Positions 12,020 through 20,595 of a stretch of 64,000 nucleotides of DNA are shown here, in pieces; within the stretch, counting starts at the first letter, position 1; the number at the start of each line of letters is the position of its first letter. The DNA comes from Deltaproteobacteria bacterium TL4 (GTDB lineage: Bacteria > SAR324 > NAC60-12). The notes beneath the pieces were generated by a model. That model was not told the origin of the DNA. It searched no databases and saw only the letters and a program-made list of their open reading frames with translations. The stretch lies in NCBI GenBank assembly GCA_051382335.1, contig JBBCAX010000090.1, positions 2,075-66,074 of the forward strand, given 5' to 3'. Made by a program: the position numbers and the translations under genes.

Positions 12020-14141
12020 TTGTGGAGGGGGTCTATTCGTAGTAAATATGCCAACCTTGAACCAGTTTCCAAAATCATTCGTAGCGTCAATGAATACTAT
12101 TATCTGACTCAGGGACATTGGGATGACCATGAAATGCACTATTTCCGTTCTGCCTTGATGGAAATTGGGATGGATCAAAAGGTTCCCCTTCAGGCAAACC
12201 AGTTTTTTGAGGCAATCCTTCAGGATCGAAGCCAGATTGATAAATTATTTGAAGGCATTGGCTCTGAAAACATCATGCCCATTCCTCCCCAACAACGGTT
12301 TTATCAGCCCTTGCTCAAAGGGCTTGAACTGGTGCAGGAGCATGAAAACATGAATCTGGAAACCCTGACCCATTCCTTGAGGGATGAACTGGAAATGGAT
12401 TCCGGCGCTGAACTCAATGCTCTGGACTTTGCCTCTGACCTTCTGGCTTCCCGCAGAATGGCGGACCGGCGAAAAAACGCCTGGACTGGGGAGAAGCAAC
12501 AGACCTTGAGAGAAAGGTATTTGGAACAACTGCAAGCCTGTGCTCAAATTTGCGAGCAACATCACCTGGAAGCCACCTTTCTGAAAAAAAATAAATCTTC
12601 TCAAAGAGGAAATCGCCCGTTTTGCCATCATCGTCCCTCTGATGGGTAAAACGTCTGCGGGAAAGAGCCGTTTATTGAACACCTGGCTCGAAAAAGAGAT
12701 CCTGGGTGTGGATACCTTGCCTGAAACCACCATCGCTACTGAATTGCGGTATGGGATGAAGGAAAAGTTGATCCTGCATTACCTCAACGAAAAGGTGGAA
12801 GAACGAGAACTGGGGGATTTGAAAACACTCAGTAAAAATACAAAAGACATTCTTTTTGCTGAACTCTATCTGAATAACATCAAGCTCAAGCACCGACCGT
12901 CATTGGTTCTGGTGGACATGCCGGGGATTGGCTCCAATTACGAAAACCATACCAAAGCCCTTGTGAACTATGTCCAAAGGGGGCACTACTACGTTCTGGT
13001 GCTGGATGTGCAGAATTATTCCGATGCGGATGTCCTCAACTTTATCAGGGAACTGACCTCCTACAAACAAAATTTTTCCGCAATCATCACCAAAGTGGCA
13101 CGCAAATCCAAAGATCAACTTGCGGGTATCAAACAGATTGTTCAGGAGCGTTGTCTGCAACTGACAAAAAATCAGGTGGAAGTGGGGTTGGTGGAGTGTG
13201 ATACCCCGGATATTCGAGATTTTGAAGTCCATCTGGGAGTGATTTTCAGCAAGGAAGAATCTATCTTCCAAACTCAATTTGCGCACCCAATGGAGGAGCT
13301 GTTCCAGGGGCTTCAACAGTATTTCAACCGCTTATTGGCTGGAGACAACCTGTCAGGGCGTGAAGTTGACGAGAAAATTGCGGAATGTAGCAAAAACCAG
13401 AAAAAACTGGAGCGAGACCTCCATGAAATGTTGGAAACATTGAATTATCAACTTCAGGAGGTTGCGACCGAAAGAGTGGTCAACGAGGTACAAAACGCTC
13501 TCAACGCAAATCTGTCTGCGCTGGTCAGTGCCTCCGAAAGTGGAAGTACCACCTTGAACAAGACTCTCACCAACATCCTTCGTCTCCTTATTTTGAAAAG
13601 TGTTCAGCGAGAGGCCTCCTCCGAAATTGAAAAAATTTCAGGACAACTGGAGAGCCTCCTCCAGAATGCTTTTCCTGACTTCCATTTTAACCTGACTCCC
13701 TCCTATGAGATTGGCAAAAATGGAGCCATTGCCGGAGGCCTCACAGGCGCAGCGGCGGGAAGCGCCTGGTTGTTGGGAAGTGCGGTTTTGGTTCCTATTG
13801 CAGGAATAACCCTCCCGGTTTTAGGTCTGATTGCGGCAATCACCGGATATGGAATCCGTGCCCAAAAAAAGGCGCTGGAGGCTCAAGTTCGTGATGAAAT
13901 TATTCCTCATGCGGTGGCTCAGTCCAGAACGGCCATCAGGGAATGTATGACCCAAATCCAAAAGGACATTGCCTCGAAGATCACAAAGGAACTGCAACAG
14001 AAAAAAGCTGAATACGAAAAGGCTTTGGAAACCCTGAAGTCCCAAAAAATAGAGTCTCAACAAACCTATAACCAAAACAAAGTGAAGTGGGAGGCGGCGT
14101 TGGTTCAATTGTCAGGGTTTGCAGAACAAATCAGACTGTGA
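12020..14141 (+). pseudogene. Dynamin-like GTPase (LeoA-like, Eleos-type), split by a +1 frameshift in an A8 tract at 12584-12591
   Basis: ORF 12642-14141 has G1 GKTSAGKS, G2 PETTIATELRY, G3 DMPG, G4 TKVA and a glycine-rich hydrophobic hairpin. Removing one A joins ORF 12020-12649 in frame via KKINLLKEEIARFAIIVPLMGKTSAGKS. Confidence 0.75.
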
Positions 14142-14234
14142 AATTGAAGGGGCAATTCCCTCTTTTATTATCCGGAATATTCATGATACAACTTGAGAGT
14201 CTTATTTTTGAAAAACCTTAAATGGAGATGCCGT

Positions 14235-14456
14235 ATGGTACTACCAGAAACTGTAACACTGGATGAATTCAAATTATTTCCAATTGAAGAAATTTTTGTA
14301 TCCATTTCCACGTTGCAAAAAAGTGTTAATGTTAAACTCCCTGATGGAAAAGAAGTCCTGATTCAGTCGAAACCTCAACTCAAACCGTTGCCTATCTTGC
14401 AAAGCTATATCCCACAAGGATGGAAAGAGGGCATTTACAGAAAAACTACCGTGTAA
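14235..14456 (+). CDS. Small hypothetical protein, possible orphan antitoxin
   Basis: GGAG RBS before ATG 14235; 73 aa; C-terminal LKPLPILQSYIPQGWKEGIY resembles tails of small PIN-toxin antitoxins (recollection, unverified). Confidence 0.45.
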   Translation: MVLPETVTLDEFKLFPIEEIFVSISTLQKSVNVKLPDGKEVLIQSKPQLKPLPILQSYIPQGWKEGIYRKTTV

Positions 14457-14457
14457 A

Positions 14458-14545
14458 ATCCCCTGAAAGGGGTTCCTATACCAGCCCAGGGCATCGCCCT
14501 GGGGCATGAATGATTCATAAACATTAGCCCTGTAAGGGCGTCCTA
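14458..14545. repeat. REP-like palindromes left of the Y1 transposase
   Basis: CCCTGAAAGGGG...AGCCCAGGGCATCGCCCTGGG...AGCCCTGTAAGGGCG hairpin units. Confidence 0.75.
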
Positions 14546-14562
14546 TAAGAAAGGTGGTCATT

Positions 14563-15015
14563 GTGTCCCAATCTTTATCAAAAATTCTCCTCCATCTGGT
14601 GTTCAGTACCAAGAACCGAATCGATATGATTCCAACCGAGCTTTTGCACGAGGTACACGCTTATTTAGCGACAGTCTGCCGTACTCAGGAGAGTGAGGCT
14701 TTTCGTGTGGGTGGAACGGGAAACCATGTCCATATCGCCTGTACCTTGCCTCGAACCTTAACGGTGAGCAAATTGCTTGAAGAAATCAAAAAATCATCCT
14801 CTCTCTGGATAAAACAACGAGATGCACGTTGTTCCGATTTTTCATGGCAAGCGGGATATGGAGCGTTCTCTTTGGGACAGTCTCAGTTAGATAGTCTCAT
14901 TCGTTACATAGACACTCAAAGAGAACATCATCAGAAAATGACGTTTCAGGAAGAATTATTGGAACTTCTTCGCAAATATAACGTGGCCTATGATGAAAAA
15001 TATTTGTGGGATTGA
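14563..15015 (+). mobile_element. tnpA: IS200/IS605-family Y1 (HUH) transposase, REP-associated (RAYT-like)
   Basis: HLVFSTKNR, HUH motif NHVHI, FSWQAGYGAFS, catalytic Y in YIDTQREHH; flanked by palindromic REPs. Confidence 0.9.
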
Positions 15016-15024
15016 ATCCCTACA

Positions 15025-15925
15025 GAACGCCCTTACAGAACCCAGGGCTTCACCCTGGGCTGGTATAGAAACCCCTTTCAGGGGATTAAAGGTGAAAACC
15101 TGAAGGGGATTAAAGGTGAAAACCCTGAAGGGGTTGAATATACCAGCCTGGGGCATCGCCCCAGGTGATAGAATTCGCCCAAGAGATTAGCCCTGTAAGG
15201 GCGTAATATCCATTGCAATAGAACGCCCTTACAGGGCTGTGTTTGTTTGGGGTTGCTGGTTCCCAGGGCTTCACCCTGGGCTGGGATAGGAACCCCTTTC
15301 AGGGGATTAAAGTTGAAAACCTGAAGGGGATTAAAGGTGAAAACCCTGAAGGGGATTAAAGGTGAAAACCCTGAAGGGGATTAAAGGTAAAACCCTGAAG
15401 GGGATTAAAGGTGAAAACCCTGAAGGGGATTAAAGGTGAAAACCCTGAAGGGGATTAAAGGTGAAAACCCTGAAGGGGATTAAAGGTGAAAACCCTGAAG
15501 GGGATTAAAGGTGAAAACCCTGAAGGGGATTAAAGTTGAAAACCCTGAAGGGGATTAAAGGTGAAAACCCTGAAGGGGATTAAAGTTGAAAACCCTGAAG
15601 GGGATTAAAGGTGAAAACCCTGAAGGGGATTAAAGGTGAAAACCTGAAGGGGATTAAAGGTGAAAACCTGAAGGGGATTAAAGGTGAAAACCTGAAGGGG
15701 ATTAAAGGTGAAAACCTGAAGGGGATTAAAGGTGAAAACCCTGAAGGGGTTGAATATACCAGCCTGGGGCATCGCCCCAGGATTAGAATTCATCCGAGAA
15801 CTTAGCCCTGTAAGGGCGTAATATCCATTGTAATATAACGCCCTTACAGGGCTGTGTTTGTTGGTGTTTGCTGCTTCCCAGGGCGTTGCCCTGGGCTGGG
15901 ATAGGAACCCCTTTCAGGGGATCAA
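15025..15925. repeat. REP cluster with a ~20-copy 21/22-bp tandem repeat GGGGATTAAAGGTGAAAACC(C)TGAA (15300-15750)
   Basis: Direct reading; a ~200-bp REP module (15120-15310) is duplicated at 15740-15920. Confidence 0.9.
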
Positions 15926-16058
15926 AAGTGCAATCCCTCGTGGTTGCCCTTTTTGACAATCACATACATTTTTTGACATTCACATAGAGAGGAACCTCTT
16001 TCAGGGGATTTTAAGGGCAATCTGGTTGCCCTTTTTGACATTCACATAGAGAAGAAAA

Positions 16059-17162
16059 ATGTCTTTATTTAATATGAATCCCGATGAATCAACGGAATCC
16101 CCAGAGGAAGAGGGGATTGGAACCGAGAACCGCTATCTCCAGAAAACGTCTGAAGGCATGAAACTGGTGGCCAAATTGGTTTCAGTGGGAGAGAAAAGAG
16201 GAAAAACGGATGAGTTGATGCTGGAAATGAATCGACTGATTGAGGAAAAATTTCTCACACTTTCCAAGGACGATGAGGCTCCTGGGGGTGCGGATACCTA
16301 TGCGGATTTGCAAAAAGCCTATGACGATCTGGAGGCGTTGGTCAGCTTTCCTCAATTTGAAAACCACACCATTGTCGCGGTGGGAGGATGCTTTAGTTCA
16401 GGCAAGTCCTGTTTTCTGAATTCCTTGTTGGAGGAAACCAACCTGCTGCCTTCGGATACCACGCCCACCACCTCGATTCCTACCTACATCATGGCAGGAA
16501 ACGAGGATGCCTTTTATGCCCTGAACAAGCATCAAAACAAGGTGGTGATTGATCGGGACGCACTGGATGCGATCACGCATCAGTTTCTCACACATTACAA
16601 GGTGTCGTTCAGTCATATTTTGAGGATACTGACTGTTGAGCGCAAAAACTTCAAGCACCCCAACCTCATGTTTCTGGACACGCCAGGGTACAGTAAAAGT
16701 GATCACCTCAAACGCAAAGAAGACAACACCGATGAAAATATCGCCCGAGAACACTTGAGGAACGCAGATTTTCTGATCTGGCTGATGGACATCCAAAATG
16801 GAACGGTTCCTCAAACCGATATTGAGTTCATCAAGTCACTCCAGTTTAAGAAACCCATTCTGTTCATTTTCAACAAAGCCGATAAGAAGCCTGCCAAAGA
16901 TGTTACAAACATCATCGAGGTCGCCAGCAAAAACCTGAGCAAACAGGAAATTCAGGTCTATGACGTCATTGGCTATTCCTCCAATGAAATCCGGGAATAT
17001 TCTCCTCAGGGAAAGGCTCAGGATCAAAGACTTTTGGAAGCCCTGGAGTCCGCTGTTTCAGTTTCAGACAAGGGAGAGCTGACTTCCCCCCTTTTCATCT
17101 CTAGCATGTGTTACAATATCGCCAGGCATTTTCACTCCCTGAACGAGGAAAGCACATTCTGA
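16059..17162 (+). CDS. Dynamin-like GTPase (LeoB/LeoC-like), probably truncated and fused
   Basis: TIVAVGGCFSSGKS (G1), PTTSIPTY (G2), DTPGY (G3), FNKADK (G4); the C-terminal PLFISSMCY segment looks like part of a second dynamin. Confidence 0.75.
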   Translation: MSLFNMNPDESTESPEEEGIGTENRYLQKTSEGMKLVAKLVSVGEKRGKTDELMLEMNRLIEEKFLTLSKDDEAPGGADTYADLQKAYDDLEALVSFPQFENHTIVAVGGCFSSGKSCFLNSLLEETNLLPSDTTPTTSIPTYIMAGNEDAFYALNKHQNKVVIDRDALDAITHQFLTHYKVSFSHILRILTVERKNFKHPNLMFLDTPGYSKSDHLKRKEDNTDENIAREHLRNADFLIWLMDIQNGTVPQTDIEFIKSLQFKKPILFIFNKADKKPAKDVTNIIEVASKNLSKQEIQVYDVIGYSSNEIREYSPQGKAQDQRLLEALESAVSVSDKGELTSPLFISSMCYNIARHFHSLNEESTF

Positions 17163-18223
17163 AGGCGTTAAACAAGATGTATTCCGGTCTGAATCTTGAT
17201 CCTGAATCCTTGATGCAGTTGGCTAATTTTGAGGGGGTGCGGAAGAACCTGGAACTGATCAAACCCCGAAAAGACAGCATCCTTGCCCAAGCCTTTGAAA
17301 GTCTGATGCGGCAATCTGGCGAGGCTTTCAAAAAACAATTGGAGAAAATTCAGAAAGACATCCGTGCTAAACACAAAAATTTTTGTGAGGGGGATATTCA
17401 ACAATTATCCCAAAAACAAGAACTCACCAAGCAGCGACTCAATAACGGGAAGGTCAAGGTGAACGGAATTTTTCAGCGTCATCTGAATCAAATCGAAGGC
17501 AAATTTTCAAAATTATTGCTGGAAATTGAACAAGCCTCCATCAAAGCCAAACGAGTCAAAGCCGGGCAAAAGACAGAAACCTACAGTTCTGAAGTGAGTG
17601 ACTCAACCTGGTATAAATTCTGGACTTGGGGTTCTACCAGAACAGTCTATCACAGCATTGATTATGTCTATGCCAGGGTGAATAACGCTTTGGAGCAGCT
17701 TGAAGACTATGTGATGAATTCCAAAACCATGATTTATGAGGCGATTCAGGAGATTGTCAATATTGAACAGTTTCGCAAGGAGATCAAGGAAAGTGTGATG
17801 GGCTTATTTGATTTGAACGATGACAACTTTGATCCCCAGTCCATTCTCATTCCTGTGGAAAACGCTGTGGATCGCATCAAAATCCCACCGGATGTGCAGA
17901 TCAACGTCAATCAGCATATTGACACCGTCCGTAACAAATTCAAGAGCGGGGAAGTCCGTGATGATGAGGTCTCCAGCCTGCGAAGCGAACAAGGCCGTGT
18001 GGTGGAAATCATTGAGAATGATATCAAAAATGAGGTGCGTGGTATTACCCAAAAAATTATAGTAAAACTCACTACCATCCAAAACATCTTTATCCCTGAC
18101 CTAACCCAAAGAATGGAGAACGAGCTGAACCAATTGCAACAACAACTTCAGGACAAAGAACGCTATAAAGCCCGCTATGAAACTCTGATCAAGGTGCTGG
18201 GAAACGATTTGAGGGGGTTATAG
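17010..18223 (+). pseudogene. C-terminal helical part of another dynamin-like protein, lacking its own GTPase domain and frameshifted near 17148
   Basis: ...PLFISSMCYNIARHFHSLNEE continues in another frame as KHILKALNKMY...LANFEGV; helical stalk with WYKFWTWG membrane-proximal motif; ORF 17108-18223 has no convincing RBS/start. Confidence 0.55.
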
Positions 18224-18232
18224 ACTATCGTT

Positions 18233-18619
18233 TCACCACACAATTTCCACTGAATAGTGGGAAAATGCTGGATCGGCAGTGAGGATCGGCAAGTGTTCCA
18301 CAAGGGATTGAGCAATCAAAAGGCGGTCAAAGGGATCTTTGTGATAGGATGGAAGATTTTGTAGCGCAAAGATGTAACGCAATTCAATCGGCAAGATTTC
18401 CAATCCATTGGTTTCTTGCTGTTTTTTGATTAAATCCGGTAAGGGAAGCTTCAGCTTCAACTTTCCCAGTTGTATTTTGATTTGCATCTCCCAAACGCTA
18501 GCCACACTCAGGATCAAGTCATTGGTTCTATCTGCGCAAAGCAATCTGGCTTGCTCTGAAAGATGGTCAGGTTCGCTGTCACACCACATAAACACATGAG
18601 TATCCAATAACAGTCTCAT
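18233..18619 (-). CDS. vapC: PIN-domain toxin, VapC family
   Basis: MRLLLDTHVFMW...SVASVWEMQIK...HKDPFDRLLIAQS...LTAD. Confidence 0.92.
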   Translation of the reverse strand: MRLLLDTHVFMWCDSEPDHLSEQARLLCADRTNDLILSVASVWEMQIKIQLGKLKLKLPLPDLIKKQQETNGLEILPIELRYIFALQNLPSYHKDPFDRLLIAQSLVEHLPILTADPAFSHYSVEIVW

Positions 18620-18855
18620 TCTTCTCCTGTCCAAAAACTATCAGGCAAAGGTTCATCGAAATCTTTGCTCACCCAGATTTGCCCCTTATGCAACCCAAGA
18701 ATTCTGTTGGAAGAAGCAGAACTCTTTTCTCTCATTTTCTGTTTTTCCTCAATGACCACTACCACATGCGCTTCTCCCACAGAAATGGTGTCCGGTAAAC
18801 GAATGTGTAAAAAATGATCGTCCCCAATGAGGGTTGTGGTTTCAATGGTCTGCAT
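18616..18855 (-). CDS. Cognate antitoxin (DUF2281/VapB-like)
   Basis: GGAG RBS, 79 aa, C-terminal RILGLHKGQIWVSKDFDEPLPDSFW; ATGA overlap with the toxin. Confidence 0.8.
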   Translation of the reverse strand: MQTIETTTLIGDDHFLHIRLPDTISVGEAHVVVVIEEKQKMREKSSASSNRILGLHKGQIWVSKDFDEPLPDSFWTGEE

Positions 18856-18889
18856 AGAAAACTCCTTATTTTTTGTCTTTTGCTTTGAT

Positions 18890-19030
18890 AGGACGCCCTT
18901 ACAGGGCTTTATTTTATTAGGGATTCCCAGAACCCAGGGCTTCACCCTGGGCTGGTATAGCAACCCCTTTCAGGGGATTAAAGTTCCCAGGGCTTCACCC
19001 TGGGCTGGTATATTGTGCTCTTTCAGAGCT
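18890..19030. repeat. REP-like palindromes of the same family as 14458-15925
   Basis: CGCCCTTACAGGGCT and two CCCAGGGCTTCACCCTGGGCTGGTATA units. Confidence 0.75.
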
Positions 19031-19229
19031 TGAACTACTCAAGCATTATTTTTAGAAAACCTGAGGTTCTCTTCATTGTTCACTCCTTACCCTTTTTCCA
19101 TTCATGCCTGTTTTCAAAGCCCTCATCCGTCCACAACTGTAACCTAAAAATCATATCCGGCACAATGTCCTGACGGCCAATGCTGGTACCATCTATTGAC
19201 ACATGCTTAGACAATGTATAAAAATTATT

Positions 19230-19390
19230 CGAGCTGTGCAGGTACCTTTTTTTAACCACGAAAAACACCAAAAACACGAAAGAAAACCTGCAAAATAGGG
19301 TTTCACGGAGGAATTCATTCATTAAAAAATCATTTCTTTCGTGTTTTTCGTGTTTTTCGTGGTTAATTTTCAAACCACCTGCACAGCTCG
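19230..19390. mobile_element. MITE-like element, copy 2, with 14-bp TIRs
   Basis: CGAGCTGTGCAGGT ... ACCTGCACAGCTCG; body near-identical to 11850-11999. Confidence 0.8.
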
Positions 19391-19642
19391 GATTTTTTGT
19401 TCAATATCCACAGACTTTCCAGGGTGTCCTTCCATTTTACGTATTTGTCGTTTTGCTTGTTTGACGATGTCCAGAATATTCTTCATAGTGACCTGATCCG
19501 GGTGAGAGTTCGCCCACAGACTGAAAAACTCTTGTGAATTCAAGACTCGATTTCAGAACGAACTCTAATGGATAAAATGAGAGCAACGGTTATTCTTGTT
19601 AGTAACAAAGGATTGTCTTAAAAACAAGAATAACTTTAGTAT

Positions 19643-19838
19643 ACTCGACTTTGAACAATTTGCTCAATATTACTCCTGAATAAAATCAGAGACTTATAAA
19701 GTCGTATTAGAATTAATGATAGGTTTGGCCTGAAAAACGGGAAATAATAACCTTGCATTAATTCATTCATAAAATAAAACCACTGATATTATTGAATAAT
19801 TAAAACTAAAACCATGAATCAAATGTTCAAAGTCCAGT
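19643..19838. mobile_element. MITE with 15-bp TIRs and a TAGTAT direct flank
   Basis: ACTCGACTTTGAACA ... TGTTCAAAGTCCAGT (1 mismatch); TAGTAT at 19637-19642 and 19839-19844. Confidence 0.65.
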
Positions 19839-19843
19839 TAGTA

Positions 19844-20024
19844 TATAGACATGCATTTAAATAAATTCAGCATGTATATTTTGGATGACCCATTTAATCG
19901 ACTCATGATTAGGAGTGTCAAAGCTTGCTTTGACCAGAAAAGCCAAAGCTTTTCTTTGAATTTTGCCAAAGCAAGCTTTGGTACTCCACAGTGATTCCAG
20001 AAATTATTTAAATGAACGTCTATA
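19844..20024. mobile_element. MITE with ~21-bp TIRs and an internal palindrome
   Basis: TATAGACATGCATTTAAATAA ... TTATTTAAATGAACGTCTATA; internal GGAGTGTCAAAGCTTGCTTTG / CAAAGCAAGCTTTGGTACTCC. Confidence 0.6.
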
Positions 20025-20029
20025 GTTAT

Positions 20030-20168
20030 AGAATTCTCCCAAGAGATTAGCCCTGTAAGGGCGTAATATCAATTGCAATATAACACCCTTTCAGGGCTGT
20101 GTTTGTTTGTGTTTCCAGATTCCCAGGGCGTTGCCCTGGGCTGGTACAGGAACCCCTTTCAGGGGATT
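20030..20168. repeat. REP module, near copy of 15170-15310
   Basis: AAGAGATTAGCCCTGTAAGGGCGTAATATC...CCCAGGGCGTTGCCCTGGGCTGG...CCCCTTTCAGGGG. Confidence 0.8.
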
Positions 20169-20204
20169 TTATCGTTTTCTCGCACCTGCGTGGAGGCCTG
20201 GTAG

Positions 20205-20318
20205 TAGGCTGTAGCAATTCGATAGATTAGACACTAGGTACCTGGCGTTGTTTGCACAATAGAACAAAGGAGATGAAACCCTAACCCTGAAGGGGGGTAG
20301 CGAATTGCTACAGTCTTA
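20205..20318. mobile_element. Small MITE-like element
   Basis: GGCTGTAGCAATTCG ... CGAATTGCTACAGTC terminal inverted repeats. Confidence 0.55.
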
Positions 20319-20376
20319 GGTTATATCACCTCATAATTTTTGTTTGTAGTTAGTTTCTGCTGAAAAATGGACCAGG

Positions 20377-20541
20377 TGTAACTACTCAGCCGCAGATAAA
20401 CGCGGATAAACGCAGATTTTTAAATGTTTTTATGACAGTTCTGTCTCTGTTTTTACGAGTGAACACCAGATTTAAAAACTATTTTAAAAAAATCAACGTC
20501 TATCTGCTAAAATCTGCGGCCAACATGCCTGAGTAGTTACA
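20377..20541. mobile_element. MITE with 13-bp perfect TIRs
   Basis: TGTAACTACTCAG ... CTGAGTAGTTACA; internal CGCAGATAAACGCGGATAAACGCAGAT repeats. Confidence 0.7.
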
Positions 20542-20595
20542 GGAATTTTTGGATAATATCTGGAAGAAGTCATTAATGATACGATTGTATTCTGG

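Noticed and set aside
15300-15805. Tandem repeat as a second CRISPR array or a KGIKGENL repeat protein
   Set aside because: No unique spacers; mixed 21/22-bp units break the frame
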